Positions 1-13,100 of a stretch of DNA of 64,000 bases are shown here, piece by piece. This stretch comes from Fistulifera solaris (taxonomy: Eukaryota): assembly GCA_030295235.1 (NCBI GenBank), contig AP026124.1:1302001-1366000 (forward strand), read 5' to 3'. A program made the position numbers and the translations under genes. The notes under the pieces are model-generated. The model did no database searches, was not told the origin of the DNA, and was given only the letters and a program-made list of their open reading frames with translations. Every line of letters starts with the position of its first letter. The first letter of the stretch is position 1.

Positions 1-615
1 GTCGCCGAACTGTATATTATGAATAAAGTGCGAAACATTAAAATGACTCAGCTCAGCAGCCATGGTGCTTTCATCAGCTAACCCTAGCATTGCAATTTTC
101 CGACTAGACTCAATCCATGCAGGGCGTGATATGCCAATCGTTAGCACACCGGAAACGACTTGTGGGCTCAAATGACCGACAACCGTGCATCCTTTACCTC
201 TTTTGAATGCGTTATTGGATGCGGCTGCGTCATAATTCGTGGGCGCATACATTTCAATGGAGTGTTTGCCATGAATTTTTTCCAATTCTCCGGTAAGAAG
301 AGACGCACCGTCGAGTGATATGTCGAGTTGATTGCAGGATAGATGAGGGAAAGTCACGTGCAAGAACAGAGGAATGCGCCCTTTCGTATTCCGACCTGGT
401 CGTGCATCCTCTGTCAAAAGTGATATCGGTGTGGATTGCGATCTTGCCAAGTGCAACGAATGTTGAGTAGTGCCAATTGTATAGGACACTAATTGTGCGA
501 CAAAAAGCAACCCAGCACACGTAGCCGCAATGGCGGTGATTGCGCCTCCCACTGCACTCTTTTCCTGAAGATCAGGTCTTGTTTTCGCAAATGCATCAAG
601 CCGACGAAACCCCAT
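1..615 (-). CDS. ER-Golgi intermediate compartment (Erv41/Erv46, ERGIC2/3) family protein, 5' part; runs off the window start
   Basis: Not in the ORF track; translated by hand from ATG at 615: MGFRRLDAFAKTRPDLQEKSAVGGAIT, a TM segment, then LHVTFPHLSCNQLDI...KGCTVVGHL...FNVSHFIHNIQFGD. These match the ERGIC family motifs (LDAF.K, C.V.G.L, N.SH.I....FG). Confidence 0.85.
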   Translation of the reverse strand, partial: MGFRRLDAFAKTRPDLQEKSAVGGAITAIAATCAGLLFVAQLVSYTIGTTQHSLHLARSQSTPISLLTEDARPGRNTKGRIPLFLHVTFPHLSCNQLDISLDGASLLTGELEKIHGKHSIEMYAPTNYDAAASNNAFKRGKGCTVVGHLSPQVVSGVLTIGISRPAWIESSRKIAMLGLADESTMAAELSHFNVSHFIHNIQFGD

Positions 616-1440
616 TGTCAAATTAGCAAGGTTTGTTTAGTTATTACTTGAAAACCATTACCCCGGCGTATTGTGTATTTTTTCTTTTTGCGTTGCGGGT
701 TGCGGGTCCTATAGACTGGTACCGGTACCGGCACCCTCGATAAATTTCCCTACGAGGCCAACGTGAAGTCTACGTAGACGTTATTCGAGGCCTTGCACCT
801 TTCAGTTCGAATTGGTGACGATTACTGTAAATCATCATAGAATTGTACAATGCAAATGCCACTGGAGGTTTGATTATCGTTTATCGTGACAACGATATAA
901 AATATAAAAAGCTCATCTTGATGAATGATTCATGACTCGTGACCCCACAAATCATCCAGTCATGAAGAAAGGTCGCCTACTCTTGGGAGTAGAGCAAATT
1001 AGGGGCACAGTATTCCGGAAGGATTTACGCCATGGAGAATCGACTAGTGCATGGTAAGTGCTGCTGAAGGTCTTTGAAAGACTAGAGAAGATAATCGAGC
1101 TAGCAGAATTAATGGAATTATTCAGATAGATGTCTCGCTTGAACAGATCACGATTCATGACTGAAAAGCAGTCGTGGTAAAAAACCAACACCTTGCTAAA
1201 AATCCAAGGTACGTTTTGCAGGGGCTTGGTTTGCTTGGCGCACGACTTGGCAAAATCTACGTATAGTTGAAACACGAGAAAGACAATTTATGAGTGCAAC
1301 GCACGGAAAAACTTTTGATTAGGCCGCGTCGTTCAAAACTCAATTTAAATAGCATCGACCCAGCCGATTCAAAACGAGTAGAGCCCAATGTTCCTCATCA
1401 ACACTCCATCAACTTTCTGATAATATTCGCAGAATATAAA

Positions 1441-2321
1441 TCACAGCTCTTCCGACTGCGATTGGGATTTGGAGTCCGATGAAAAGTAGGTTACGAACGG
1501 GAAAACTTTCTTCAAGAAAACCATCGTCTGAGAGAAATCGAAAAGTTCTGACTTTCCCAAAGCCTTGGCATACTCATTGCAATCAGGTTCCCCAAGAAGA
1601 AATGTTTCTCCCATACTCAGTGGGGCGTAATGCGTACACATTTGGTCGTCGACACTGCAAGTAGTAATAACAACCGCAGTGGTACCTCCACCCGATTGTT
1701 CTACATGTTGACGCAGCGCCGGGATAATTCTCCAGGTTAACATCAATGCGGAAATGAATCCATCGGTGAAAGGAAACTGAATAACAGCAGCTTTAGTCTT
1801 TGGAAGAACCTCTGTTTCGTATTTGATCTTTGGCCACAATTCCGCCGCACTCAGTTCAATAAAATCCTCTTCCGTGAATCCGTTGATATCGGAATTTTTA
1901 CTGAGCAATTGCTTGCTTCGATCGTCCTCTTTGGCTGCGAGAAGACCAGCGGCGAATCGCTGCTGGCGTCCGCCCATGACGATTCGAGGGTCGTCAAAGT
2001 AAATCGTGTAAACGACGTCGGCATGCTGCTTTTTTTCGACCCCTCCTTCTTTTGCTATGAAACGAGCGAGTCCCTGGGAAGCAGCATAATCTCTTTTGGT
2101 GCGCTTGAAGACGAACGGTCCACCTGGGAACTCTCCTTCTTCGATTTCGATGCTCGAGAAACCGCCGGATGTGGTAAAAGAATACAGAAAGCAGACAGCC
2201 ATCACGAGGCAAATGACAAGGAACTAGAAGCTGTAATGAGATCTTTCATAAAAGTATCATATTGTCTTCCTTCAAGGGGCTTACCTGTTTTCGTCTTTGC
2301 TGGAAGGAGAAGGAAGAGCAT
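1441..2321 (-). CDS. GyrI-like small-molecule-binding domain membrane protein (TEX264-like)
   Basis: ORF 1441..2205 has an N-terminal hydrophobic segment, then IYFDDP, RFAAGLL and FPFTDGFISAL...RIIPAL, typical of TEX264/GyrI-like folds. There is a probable short first exon (ATG 2321, GTAAGC donor at 2284), but its splice phase does not resolve cleanly, so the 5' end is uncertain. Confidence 0.55.
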
Positions 2322-2785
2322 GGTGAGCTGAACTGTTGCCAAGCAACCGAACGAAAGTAAACGTTCAGTAAACGTACCGGTGAGTTTCTTGGCTCATTCA
2401 TTGTGAGTTCATGGTAATTCATAAACATCTTAATATCGGTAAACGCTTTGATACACGGCGAACAGTTACTCAAAGGGGAACTTGCTTTACGATTGTACAA
2501 TAATGAACGAATGATGAAGTTTATGGACAAGTTTGAATATTGAGAAAGGGAAGCATTTGCCTCCGTTTCCGTTTTTCGTTTCTTCCGCACCTTTGCAACC
2601 GCAAAACATCACAAATCACAAAATCGTATACGAAAGAAAGGATCGTAACGGTTTAAACGCGTACAGTAGTTATCAGCGCTACGACAACAATTGATTTCAT
2701 CGAACTATGGTTAGTAACTTCTAATACTTTGTAACTACGTAGGAATACAATTAATTAATTCTTATCTGAAACACACGCATGAAAT

Positions 2786-5700
2786 CTAGCCATAGAGAGC
2801 TTTTAACGTGTACTCGGTTGCACTAGCCAGGATGGGCACTCCAAACCATGTAATGACCCCAGCTCCAACAACGATAGAAACGATTTTGGCATATGCCGCA
2901 GCAGTCGAATCTGGACTATTGACATAAGGTGCATTGTGATCAGTTTCCCTGTTCAGAAGTGCTGGCTTAGCAGTTGGTTGTCCAACAGGAGCTTCTGTGA
3001 AAAGCTGGGCCTCGGACTACAAAAAGACACAATGAGAGACAAACAATCAGCACAAAATCAGTGAGACGGATACTCACCCTTGGAATCATATCACCTTCCA
3101 GATGCTGACCTGGCACACGCGTTTTCTTGTATCCAACTTCCTCCATAGCTAGTTCGGAAAGGGATCTCGAGTCGGGTTTATACGGTGTAGCCGAGGATTC
3201 AGGAAGAGGGTGGTCACGATATCTATCTTCCTTCAGTACTGGTATTCGTATGACGAATTTGCCAAACATGTACTTCTTCATCGCCTTCAATTTGTTCGCA
3301 TTTTCTCGTTTAATGCGGGCGACTTGAAGAGCTTTAGTGTGTCTCAAAAATCGTTGCGCTTTTTTTTATGTTTTGCTGCTTCTTTTCTTCTTCCTCGGAT
3401 AGAGGTTCCTTGCCAACAACATAGATGTCGACGAGTTTCATCCACGGACCAAATAGAGCCCAAACAACGATTCTTGATATCCACTTGATCACGAAGAACC
3501 AGGGAATAAAGAAAAATACAATTGAAAGTAAGCAGCAGCCTACCGTGACCCAGAACGAAATGTAACATTCTTCCCATGACACGATGTATTTTACTGTCCT
3601 AAAGTATCGGATGACCAAAGCTAAATTTCGCTGCACAGGATACAAAATTGGCTTGAATGGGTCGATGGAAACGCCATTTGACTTCGTACTAATGTCAGCG
3701 ACATCCTCGCCAATCTCTTCCATCTCGCGCTCGTATTCCTCTCTTTCCTTCATGGCCTCTTCGTATTGCTTGGCCACCTTTTCTTCCGCTGTCTTGATAC
3801 GATTGGTCCAGGCCTCGAGAAAAGCCTGTGTTTCTTCACTGTTCTGGAACGGCTCAATCGAATGAGGAGGGAAAGAACTTCGACCTGATACAAGAATTTC
3901 AACAAGTTCTACAAAAGACTTGCATCGCATCCAGACATCAGGAAGGCTACGTCGATAGACGTTGGTTGCTATCATGAACCAAGCCAGGCAACCGAAGAGG
4001 AAACTTGGTAATAGTTGTGGATGCTCGACCAGCATCGTAGCCATCACGAAGGCAGTCATTGAATGAATCGGAAAGTTTACAGTCGTGGATCCGAATTTTA
4101 GCGGGAGAGACCCTCGCCAGAGAATGAGATTCATTACTGCATCGTTGAAATAAAACATAGCCTGTTTATAACTCGATAACAGCTCTTCAACATATCTGTT
4201 ACAATACGTGAGGATATATCCATCAAGAAAAATAAAGCAAGGATTACTCACGCGTTGATCACTTTTATGTTGTATCTCTCCGTATCGAACTTTCCGACGC
4301 AAGTGTATCGGAGAACACGAAAGTCTCGTCGGGCCTTTGTGTTAACATAGAGGTGCGGTGGTGGCTCCAAATTGGAAAGCAAAACTTTTCTCTCGTCGAA
4401 TATCTCCAATCGCAAACGAATCGTTATGCTACCTTTGGGCTTTCGACTTGACATTTTCGCACTGGAATACAAGTTATACTTTAAATCGTAAACTGTATCC
4501 CTTCTTAGATTCGAGACGTCTACGGACACGCGTCCGATGGGATCATGGTCATCCGCTGGGTTCATCCCCGCATCGTTATCAAAGACGCCGATAAAAAGTT
4601 GACTGCTACTGTGAAACACATGAAAGATGAAGGCGCGCTGACTCCAGGGCATCCATCTGGGGTTCAAGCAATCAGCTATGACATCCGTCTGACACACCGC
4701 ATCTTCGAAAACCAGAGAAACAAATGCGTCGGTGAAATTACCAACCAATCCTCCAACATCTAGTTGGGGCAAATCATCACAGCCGATAACCTCAACAAAA
4801 GACGACCAAGCGTGCCGCTACCAGCATCAATCCAGTTGTGTGAGGGCTTTCGACTTTCTTGCACAATTTCATCATGAGTCATCCACGTAGTCTCGTCTGG
4901 ACGAAGTGGATCGGGCCCTGGTCGGATTTTATACTGTCGACAAACATAGTGAGCATCTTCTTGAATTTCAAAACAATGTATCGATACTAAAGCCAACTTA
5001 CCTGCTTCTTTCCGGCGTTCTTTCCAGACGGAGCCACACGAGTCCTTTTCGATAGAATGGCTTTGAGACTACCAGCTCCGGTCTTCCCTTCCAACACGGC
5101 TTTATGAAGAAAATCCAATTGCTTAGATTTCGGCACACGACTTTCTTCCATGAATTTGATGTCACTTGGACTAGCTCTACGACAACGGATTGCCATATAC
5201 CCGGATACTTCACGGCTTTTGTAGCCAGGGGACTGAAGCTTAAATTCCATGCGTTCGCCGTTTGCTTCGTACAACGTTTTGGCAGGTACAGTGACAACGC
5301 CCAACTTCTCATTCCCCCCGAGCTTATCAAAGTCTTTTAGAATAAAGACTAGTCCATCACTCATGAATAACTCGTGCGAGCTGACAGTGAAAAGGAAAAG
5401 AGAATCGGTCTTAATCGTCCAAATCGGATCGAGACTGCAAAGAATCAAGAAGACAGTTAAAACAATTTGCGGTTACACCGATCAAAAAGCGAACGAACTC
5501 ACGTTTTGGAGATATGCTTCGTCTTGTGAACCTCGGCACCATTGAAAGTAACTTGGACATAAGGGTCTGAAGAAACGAGGTCACCAACAGGAATATCCCA
5601 CGCTGAAACAACTTCGAGCAGCAACGTAATTTTATCTTTCATATTGATCGTTGTCCCACCGAGTGCGGCTTGCATTCGAGCTTGCTTTCGGGTTTCTTCC

Positions 5701-6373
5701 TTCCCTAATTCATTTCTTAAAGTCCGTTCGAATTTGTCAGCATCTCCCTCCGAATCAAAAATCAGCTCCCGAACTTGCTTGGACGTCTTGAGTGCTATTT
5801 CCAACCAAATACCGTTTTTCCGTGTTCCTTTAATATGAATCGCTTTCAGGGGGATACGGTACTTCGCTTTCCAGACAGAACCATTCGTATCATCCGTAAA
5901 CGCTTGGCCGTCATCTACCATATCTATAAAGTCTCGAGGAACTACCGTAGACATGTCGTCGTCATCGTCATCAACGTCATTGTGCGATGCCTTTGATTTT
6001 GTCTTGTTCTTTTCTTTCACAGGAGCCAAAAGACGAACGATACATTCTTCAAACACCACGCCATCGGAACCCCTGACCCTGTGCACCTGAATTGAGACTT
6101 TGCGCCGTCGCCGACGCTTGTTGAGCGCCCGAGGTATAAACGTGCCCTGTAAATAATGCTAAACGTGAGAAACTTATCAGAAAGTAAAGTCAAGATTCAT
6201 ATTTCACTCACAGCGATAGTATTCAGGGGTGGTGGTGCAAGGCAATCAAACATGGTCGCCGACACAATGGTATCCGCTTCTTGCGAACCCAGATTCCTTT
6301 TCGATTCACGTCCCGTTGCCCCTATGAAAGCTTCGAGCGTGGAAACTTCTTTATGAGTATTGTTCGACGCCAT
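2786..6373 (-). CDS. Multi-exon C2-domain transmembrane protein (PH-like + two C2 + TM region; MCTP-like layout)
   Basis: ATG 6373 and a GTGAGT donor near 6211. C2 motifs LLEVVSAWDIPVGDLVSSDPYVQV...KDFDKLGGNEKLG and DAFVSLVFED...NPRW...LFIGVFDND...DPIGRV. Hydrophobic segments lie in ORF 3334..4302. The last exon (acceptor near 3017) ends in a TM helix and TAG at 2786. Several introns and at least 2 frameshifts. Confidence 0.75.
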
Positions 6374-7083
6374 GCTGCGATATTTTCCTTGATTCGTTCA
6401 ATGATGCAATGGGCAAGATTGACAGTTGGTGTCGCTGTTTTTTTTTTTTTTTGGTCGATCGAAGTGTGCGAACTCGCGAAGCGAAATCTTTTTGAAAACG
6501 GCACTGGAAAAGCTCATTATAGTTCAGGTTCATTTGCCAGTCAACATCCATTCACGAGATTGAGCAAGTCACGTGTCAGATGGATTGCACGGAAATAAAA
6601 GGCCCAAAGCCCAAAGGACAGGGAGCATAGAGCACAGAGCTCAAAAGCATGACGCATAGTACTCGTCACTCGTCACGCATCACAGCAGGAAGAAAAAAAA
6701 AGAAAAAATGTCGTAATGACTAATGACCTAATGACCTCTGCCTCTGCCGGAAGTTTTGTCCAGCCTTTCGGAATTTAGCATTTGGCGTGCTTTCTGTTTC
6801 GACTGCTTGACCCGCACAATGTAAAATGTACTCCGTAACATGTTATTTAGAGGTTGGGCCTTCAGTCTACACTTACTTTAATACAATCAACATTCACAAA
6901 AGTGTCCACGAACACAAACTCCCTTTCAACTTGTTTATCTTTCGCATTCCAATTTCCAATGATTTGAGATGGCTGCGACATTGAATTGATTGTGGATGAA
7001 GCAAAGCAAAGCAAAGTACAAGTAATTCATAGACATCCTTTCCATTTAATCAGCTTTTCACATTGTTAGTCAATTGCGAGATC

Positions 7084-8725
7084 ATGGAAGCCGAGAGCTC
7101 TACAGAAACTGTAAGTGACTTTATTTTCTTCATCGCAGGAGGCTCCTTCGATTCGAATCAAACTCGTTGGCAACTCGTCTATTATGTTGTACCGAAAACC
7201 ACTGATCTGACTATCACTTTCGCAGGGAACTCGCCACTCGGCTGGAAAATCCAACTGGAAAAAATTCCATGATTATGAGGTGGATGTTGACCCGGAACAG
7301 GATGATAAAGCCACCGAAATCTTGTTATGTTCTTCCGAAAGACCGCACATGCGAGCCTTTCATTGTGCGTGGTGGGCATTCTTCGTGGCATTCTTTAGCT
7401 GGTTTGCCATCAACCCGCTCTTGCCCATAATCAGAGATGATCTAGGATTGACCAAAAAGGATATTTGGACGTCCTCAATTGCAGCTGTTGGGAGTACCAT
7501 CTTGATTCGATTCATTCTTGGACCTTTGTGTGATGTCTACGGACCAAAGGTTCTATTCAGTATTACCTTGTGCACTACTGCCATTCCGACGGCCATGATC
7601 GGTGTCATTCACACAAAAACCGATTTGATTGTGCTCCGATGCTTCATCGGACTCGCTGGGGGCACCTTTGTCATGGCGCAATATTGGGGCAGTCGCATGT
7701 TCGCGAAGGAAGTCGTCGGAACTGCCAATGCTTTGATTGCTGGGTGGGGCAATTTGGGAGCCGGTGTCAGTCAGCTGGTTGTCGGAAGCTATTTGTTTCC
7801 GCTTTTTGAATGGCTGACGGGGAGCTCAGAAATGGCTTGGCGAACGGTCGGCATCGTCCCTGCCTTTGTTGCGTTCGTGACTGGTATCGTCATCTACCGC
7901 ATCAGCGATGATGCCCCCAAGGGGAACTACTGGGAACTCAAGAAGAATAACGCTTTCACAAATCCAGTAACTATCCGGTCATCCTTCATGACCGGGTCTT
8001 GGGAACATCAACACATGGATCCTCTTCGTTCAGTATGCTGGTTGCTTTGGAGTCGAACTTACTATGTACAACGCCGCTGTCCTCTATTTTGTCGACGAAT
8101 TTGACCAAACTACAGAAGCTGCATCCGCTATTACCTCCATCTTTGGGTGGCTGAATTTATTCGCGCGAGGTCTTGGAGGTTTCTTTTCGGATGCTAGTCA
8201 TTACAAGTATGGAATGCGAGGTAGATTGTGGACACACACACTGATCCTCTTTTTTGAAGGTGTTTTGGTTTTAGTGTTTGCGTCGACCTCATCCTTGGGG
8301 ATGGCTGTCTTTATTCTGATTTGCTTCTCTTTATGTGTGCAAGCTGCTGAAGGAACGTCATTCGGTATCGTGCCTTACATCGATCCCCCTGAATATGGGA
8401 ACTGTGTGCGGTGTTGTTGGTGCTGGTGGAAATGTGGGAGCTGTTCTTTTGGTCTGTGCTTCCGTCAACTTACCTATGACACTGCCTTCAATGTAAGTTT
8501 ACCTGAGTATGTCTTCCGATTCTGTTTCAGTGATTTCACTTATCTTTGCCGTCCCAGATCATGGGTGTCAGCATCATTATTTCGGCCATCATGTCTGTTT
8601 TCGTGAAAATTCATGGCCACAGAGGATTGATTGGTGGCGAAGACTTGCGCGTAGATCCCGAAACTGGAAAGGTGATCCTCGAGGAAAACAAGAGCCTTTT
8701 GGAATCTGAAGTTGGTGGCGTCTAA
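7084..8725 (+). CDS. NRT2: High-affinity nitrate transporter, NRT2/NNP family (MFS)
   Basis: RPHMRAFHCAWWAFF, GTFVMAQYW.SRMF..EVVGTANALIAGWGNLGAG, FGVELT, NLFARGLGG and GAGGNVG motifs. Introns ~7111-7225 and ~8493-8558. Frameshifts at homopolymers near 8001, 8385 and 8447. Stop TAA at 8723-8725. Confidence 0.95.
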
Positions 8726-8885
8726 TTCGAAATCCGATCCATTGTCGGCAATTGGTTGCATATTTTTGTTCAAGTTGGAAAAAGCTTTTGTGAACGACTA
8801 ATGTTTTGAATTCAATGAAATTTTTAATTTACTAATACTTTTTGTTGGTCAAAAGTAATTTCCGTCAAATGTACATGAATGCGAC

Positions 8886-9728
8886 TCATTCATCAAACAC
8901 TTTGTCGAACGGAAGTCTGTCTATGTACTCTTCAATGTCAAGCTCTCTTGTTATGCCTCCGTTAGGCAGCATCCATGGTGTTGCTTGATCTTTATCGTAT
9001 AGTGTCCCCAGAAACTTCATTCGTTCTTCTGGAGTCGAAATGAAATGTATCTTGTCTCTCGTCTTCCGCCCTGCAAACGGCTTGAAGATCGTCCACAAAC
9101 ACAAGAACGTCGTTGGAGCATCCAGTAAAAAGATTGAGTTGATGTAACCCACGTAGTGATTTCGCAGCGTTGTCATGAGTTCTTTGCCGACACATGTTGG
9201 TGGCGTATGACTAAACGCAGAAAACCCTCGAAAGTCCACGACCGCGTTGATTGTTCCGTCGTTCGCTCGACTGCACGCGATTGCTTTTTCCATAGTCCAT
9301 AAATGGCTCGCCATAGTAAGCTCCGGGTCATGAGACTGTACACGCCTGGGAATAAATATATAAGTAGATCTTCCCTCGCGATCATGGCCCTGAACATAGA
9401 CATGACCGGACGAAAGAGAGTGTTTGAGTTCTTTGTGATAGTAATTGACAGGATCGTCCAGAGCCTCCCGTAGATCGTCTAGCCTCTTCTCTTTTCGAAA
9501 GTTCAGCGTGTTTCTGATCCGTTCTAAAGCGAGAGCTTTATCGTTTTGCGCCGATTCGAGATAACGGCGAGCCATTTCACAAGCATGGAACAGTCGACCA
9601 TGTTGTGATTTCTGTATAGAATACTCATAAGAAGTTCTTGCAGCTGATTCGATTTCGCTTTCGGATAAGCAATGCAGGAGCGCGTTGGTGCTATCATGTT
9701 CAGCAGCTTTCTTCACGGTAGCAGTCAT
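8886..9728 (-). CDS. CRAL-TRIO (Sec14-like) lipid-binding domain protein
   Basis: RRYL, GHDREGRS, VVDFRGFS, LRNHYVGYINSIFLLDAP..F...WTIFKPF...TRDKIHF; intact 280-aa ORF. Confidence 0.9.
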   Translation of the reverse strand: MTATVKKAAEHDSTNALLHCLSESEIESAARTSYEYSIQKSQHGRLFHACEMARRYLESAQNDKALALERIRNTLNFRKEKRLDDLREALDDPVNYYHKELKHSLSSGHVYVQGHDREGRSTYIFIPRRVQSHDPELTMASHLWTMEKAIACSRANDGTINAVVDFRGFSAFSHTPPTCVGKELMTTLRNHYVGYINSIFLLDAPTTFLCLWTIFKPFAGRKTRDKIHFISTPEERMKFLGTLYDKDQATPWMLPNGGITRELDIEEYIDRLPFDKVFDE

Positions 9729-10164
9729 GGCGATTAGGATGTGAGAAGAATTATGGAAGAAACGGTATGAAAATGGGACACGTCGTTGTTACTTTTGCTG
9801 TGTTGGTGAAGCAAGGTATCTTCTTCGATGTTCGCGCAGCCAAGGGGAAATTAAATTGGCACGACCGATGATTTCCTTTTAACTACATTATCATCTATAC
9901 TCATTGAAGGGGTGGGTGTTAAGTAGCCAAAATCAGCAGTAACTTATATTGCAGGATCTCTTTTCACTCTGTTAAGCGAAAAACGACATCAGTCCCGTAT
10001 GACAGTCCGTGTAAAATACAGGTTCATGATGTCTTGAACCCTAGTAGGGAACGACTTTTGTTGCGCATGGCAATGAACCATGGTGGCAACAACCGACGAC
10101 ACCAGCGCTCATACTCTCATTGTGGAATACAAGTATATGAGCAATCTCATAGCAGTACAAACAC

Positions 10165-13100
10165 ATGGATTCGTTTCCGGAAGATCTGCTGGCAGGAGTA
10201 TTTCCGCTAGTCTTCGCTGTTGACGCCATACAAGGAAATGACGGTGGTTCTCCTCGAAGATCTTTGTTTGACCGATTTTTGGATGCTGTCGCGGCTTCGT
10301 TGGTGGAGGAGGCGCCAGAGAAAAAATCGACCAGTCTTTCCTTATTTCGATCCGAATTAGAAGATGAATTAGGGCATGATGCATTAGAGGAGTTTTCCTT
10401 CGGACAGCAAAGTCAAACTAGATCGAAAAGTATTACCTCTGGCATTTATCCCGGTTTCCATCCGGGCTTTGGGATGAATAAAGCCTTGAATCGAACGTTA
10501 AGTTCTGAAAGTGTCGACAGCAACAAAGTTACCTCATTCGCGAAAACGCTTAATTCGGGCCGCGATTTCTTCCAGCAAGCGCGTATTGAACCTATCAGTG
10601 CGAGACATGGCTTTCCTCCATCAAAGGATCCGGAAGGGACTAAGAATCTATCGAGTTACTTACATCAAGTAGTCAAGCGAAAAAACTTGGATTCTCTGTC
10701 GAAAGTGTTTCATAGTACGAGGATTGAGGGTATTCTTCCCGCGGGGTGGCTCGAAAAGCATGTTCATGCACTTCCTAGCGTAATACTTGTTGTGTGCAAT
10801 GTTACGTCCGACAGAATCAGTCAGGAAAAACAAGACCAAAATTTGTACGAAACGATTGATCATCTCCGGCAAAACTTGGTCCCCAAACGCAATTGTATAA
10901 TTCATGTGATTGGGCTCTTGCAAGATGATGTAACTCCGACACAAGGAGATATTTGGGGTCGCTCGGTTTCCAGCGAGTTTGGTGTCAATCATGGGCTCCA
11001 GCCGAGTACTGAGTTACTCATCAATGTGACCTTACTCAGAGCATCGTCGGACTTACAAGCCAATGACACGGGTATGCCTACAAGTCCTGCTTTGAAGCGC
11101 CTACACCGGACTATTCGAGATTCAAGCTTGTCTTACTATATTCATCAAACCCGACGCGCGAAGAATAAGCTGAGCATGATGTTAGGTCTGAAAGACGGAG
11201 TCGAATATGCCTCTCCACCGCCGCAACTTTTGCCTTTTTGCATTCGGTATTGCTTTAAGATAGCCATCTTCTATGAGTTTCAAGCAAAAGCTGAAAAGTC
11301 GCTGCTTTACATGAGCGAAGGCTACAGATACGCGTCAAAGTATTATCAGTTCCTGGTCGCTAAAGATAGCAAGGCATCCATCAACACATCCGACAGCGAT
11401 GACTATCAGCTGGAAAGCGCTGCGCATATCGGTGATGGCAACGACGTCGAAGTCTCTCTAGTTGGAACAGGAGCAATATCGTGGGAATCCGTTATTCCCG
11501 AAGCCCCTAAAGATATGATACACCAAAGTAAAGTGCTCGCTGAGTGGATGCATATGAAAGTGTTGGCAGCTGCGTTTTCGTCTCGAACAGACTCGGGGCT
11601 TTTTGCGGCATCGGAACAATGGCGCGCTCACTCTCGCATATTCTGTTCGAGCATGTATCAAGATAACGGGAGGATACCTCGTTGGAATCACTGGATGTAT
11701 GTTGCTCGACAGAGAATCGTTTTTACTCAACTTATGGAACGGCATCCTCCCTCTGTTACTAGTGACGATGGAGACAGAGCGCTATCCGAAGCGTTGCAAC
11801 AATGCTCTCTTTGGAGAGCGTATACTTCAGCTGCTGAAGCAATGCTTCGTTTGTCGCTAGAGGTTGAAAAATCATTCGTTGCTTCAGAGGGCGCTTGTTT
11901 TGCGGAAACCGAAGCGGAAAAATCAGATACAATGCGACCTCAATATGTCGGTGCAATTGATAGCAAAGGCTTGTTCCCTTTTCTCGTTGACGAACGTCGA
12001 GTTCCCCACAAAGGTAAGTCAGTGATTAATGCTTCAATTCCGCTTCCTCTTGTTCACTCAGCGATTATATTTGAAGACAAAGCCCTTGAATTTATTCTCC
12101 GCGCAATAACGCTGTACGAGACCGAACTGGAAAGAGAAAAACGGGGCTTTTATGCGGAGGATAGCTTTCGCGAGAGTTCATCGAGTCGGGAGGGTGCTCG
12201 GATGCATTATCTTGCAGGAGGAATATTACTTGGAATGGGTCGTCATGAGCAGGCTACAAGTTCCTTGGGCAAAGCGGCTAAATACGCTAGTGGTTGGCAG
12301 CAGCTCGAACTCGCTATTCGGCGGATGCTTATCGAATGCTATGAGAAGTATATACCGGCAACAAGCGATAGCGAGAGTGACGCTCTTGGTTCCATGATAC
12401 TTGATTCGTACTTTAATGCAGAAATGAGCCCTCAGGAACTCAGGAAAGCACTTGGCCATTTCCTATCAATTAGCGGAGGAGAGTCGTTAAAATGGTTTCA
12501 CAAGACAGTGGACGACGACGATACGAGCCTGCCCTTCTCTTTCGCTGTAAGCTTTCCGTGGAAAACGCATGCAATGTGCGGTGATACTGTTCAAGCTTCG
12601 GTCCTCATTCGCTCCAATTTGGACTATGCAGTTCACGTGAACTCGGTTGTGCTGCTAAGTTTAGCTGGAGAGCTTTCTATTCACTCCGATGACTTGCGTA
12701 GTGCTACAAATGTGAGCGAGGGCAGCGAAGAGGGGATCATTATCCAGGCGAAAACAGCCATCACAATTTCCACTGAGGTTGTTCTTCCAAAGGACACGTC
12801 CTTTATCGCTTCTGATGAGAGCGGCAACGGAGGGGAACAGGTAGGTGTAGCTGGCAAAGGGTCGTTTGCTAAAAATGCAAGGCCTCGGTCGGCTGGCGTC
12901 ACCGCAGCCGGCGGCGCGCGTTTTCTTGCTGAGGACACACTTCCGGACACCACGCAGCAGTCGCAGGGATGGAACCTTCGATTTCTCGGAGGCAAGCCCC
13001 TTTGCTGTGATGGTCTTCGTATAGCTTTTTACCCTGTACAAGCCGAGAAATCAGGCACTGAAAAAGACTCATTGACATTCATCGAATTAACCATGTTAAG

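Noticed and set aside
952..1275. 107-aa minus-strand ORF in the ERGIC/TEX264-like spacer
   Set aside because: Non-ATG start and no recognisable motif; it could be a decayed fragment, but I cannot support that.
7990..8460. Programmed ribosomal frameshifting in NRT2 and other genes
   Set aside because: Shifts occur in both directions at homopolymers across many unrelated genes, with no consistent slippery site or downstream structure.
12014..12076. In-frame, stop-free segments read through by the ORF track in TRAPPC11 (and likewise in RagC near 47440-47508)
   Set aside because: Canonical GT-AG introns whose length is a multiple of three; ordinary introns, not protein insertions.
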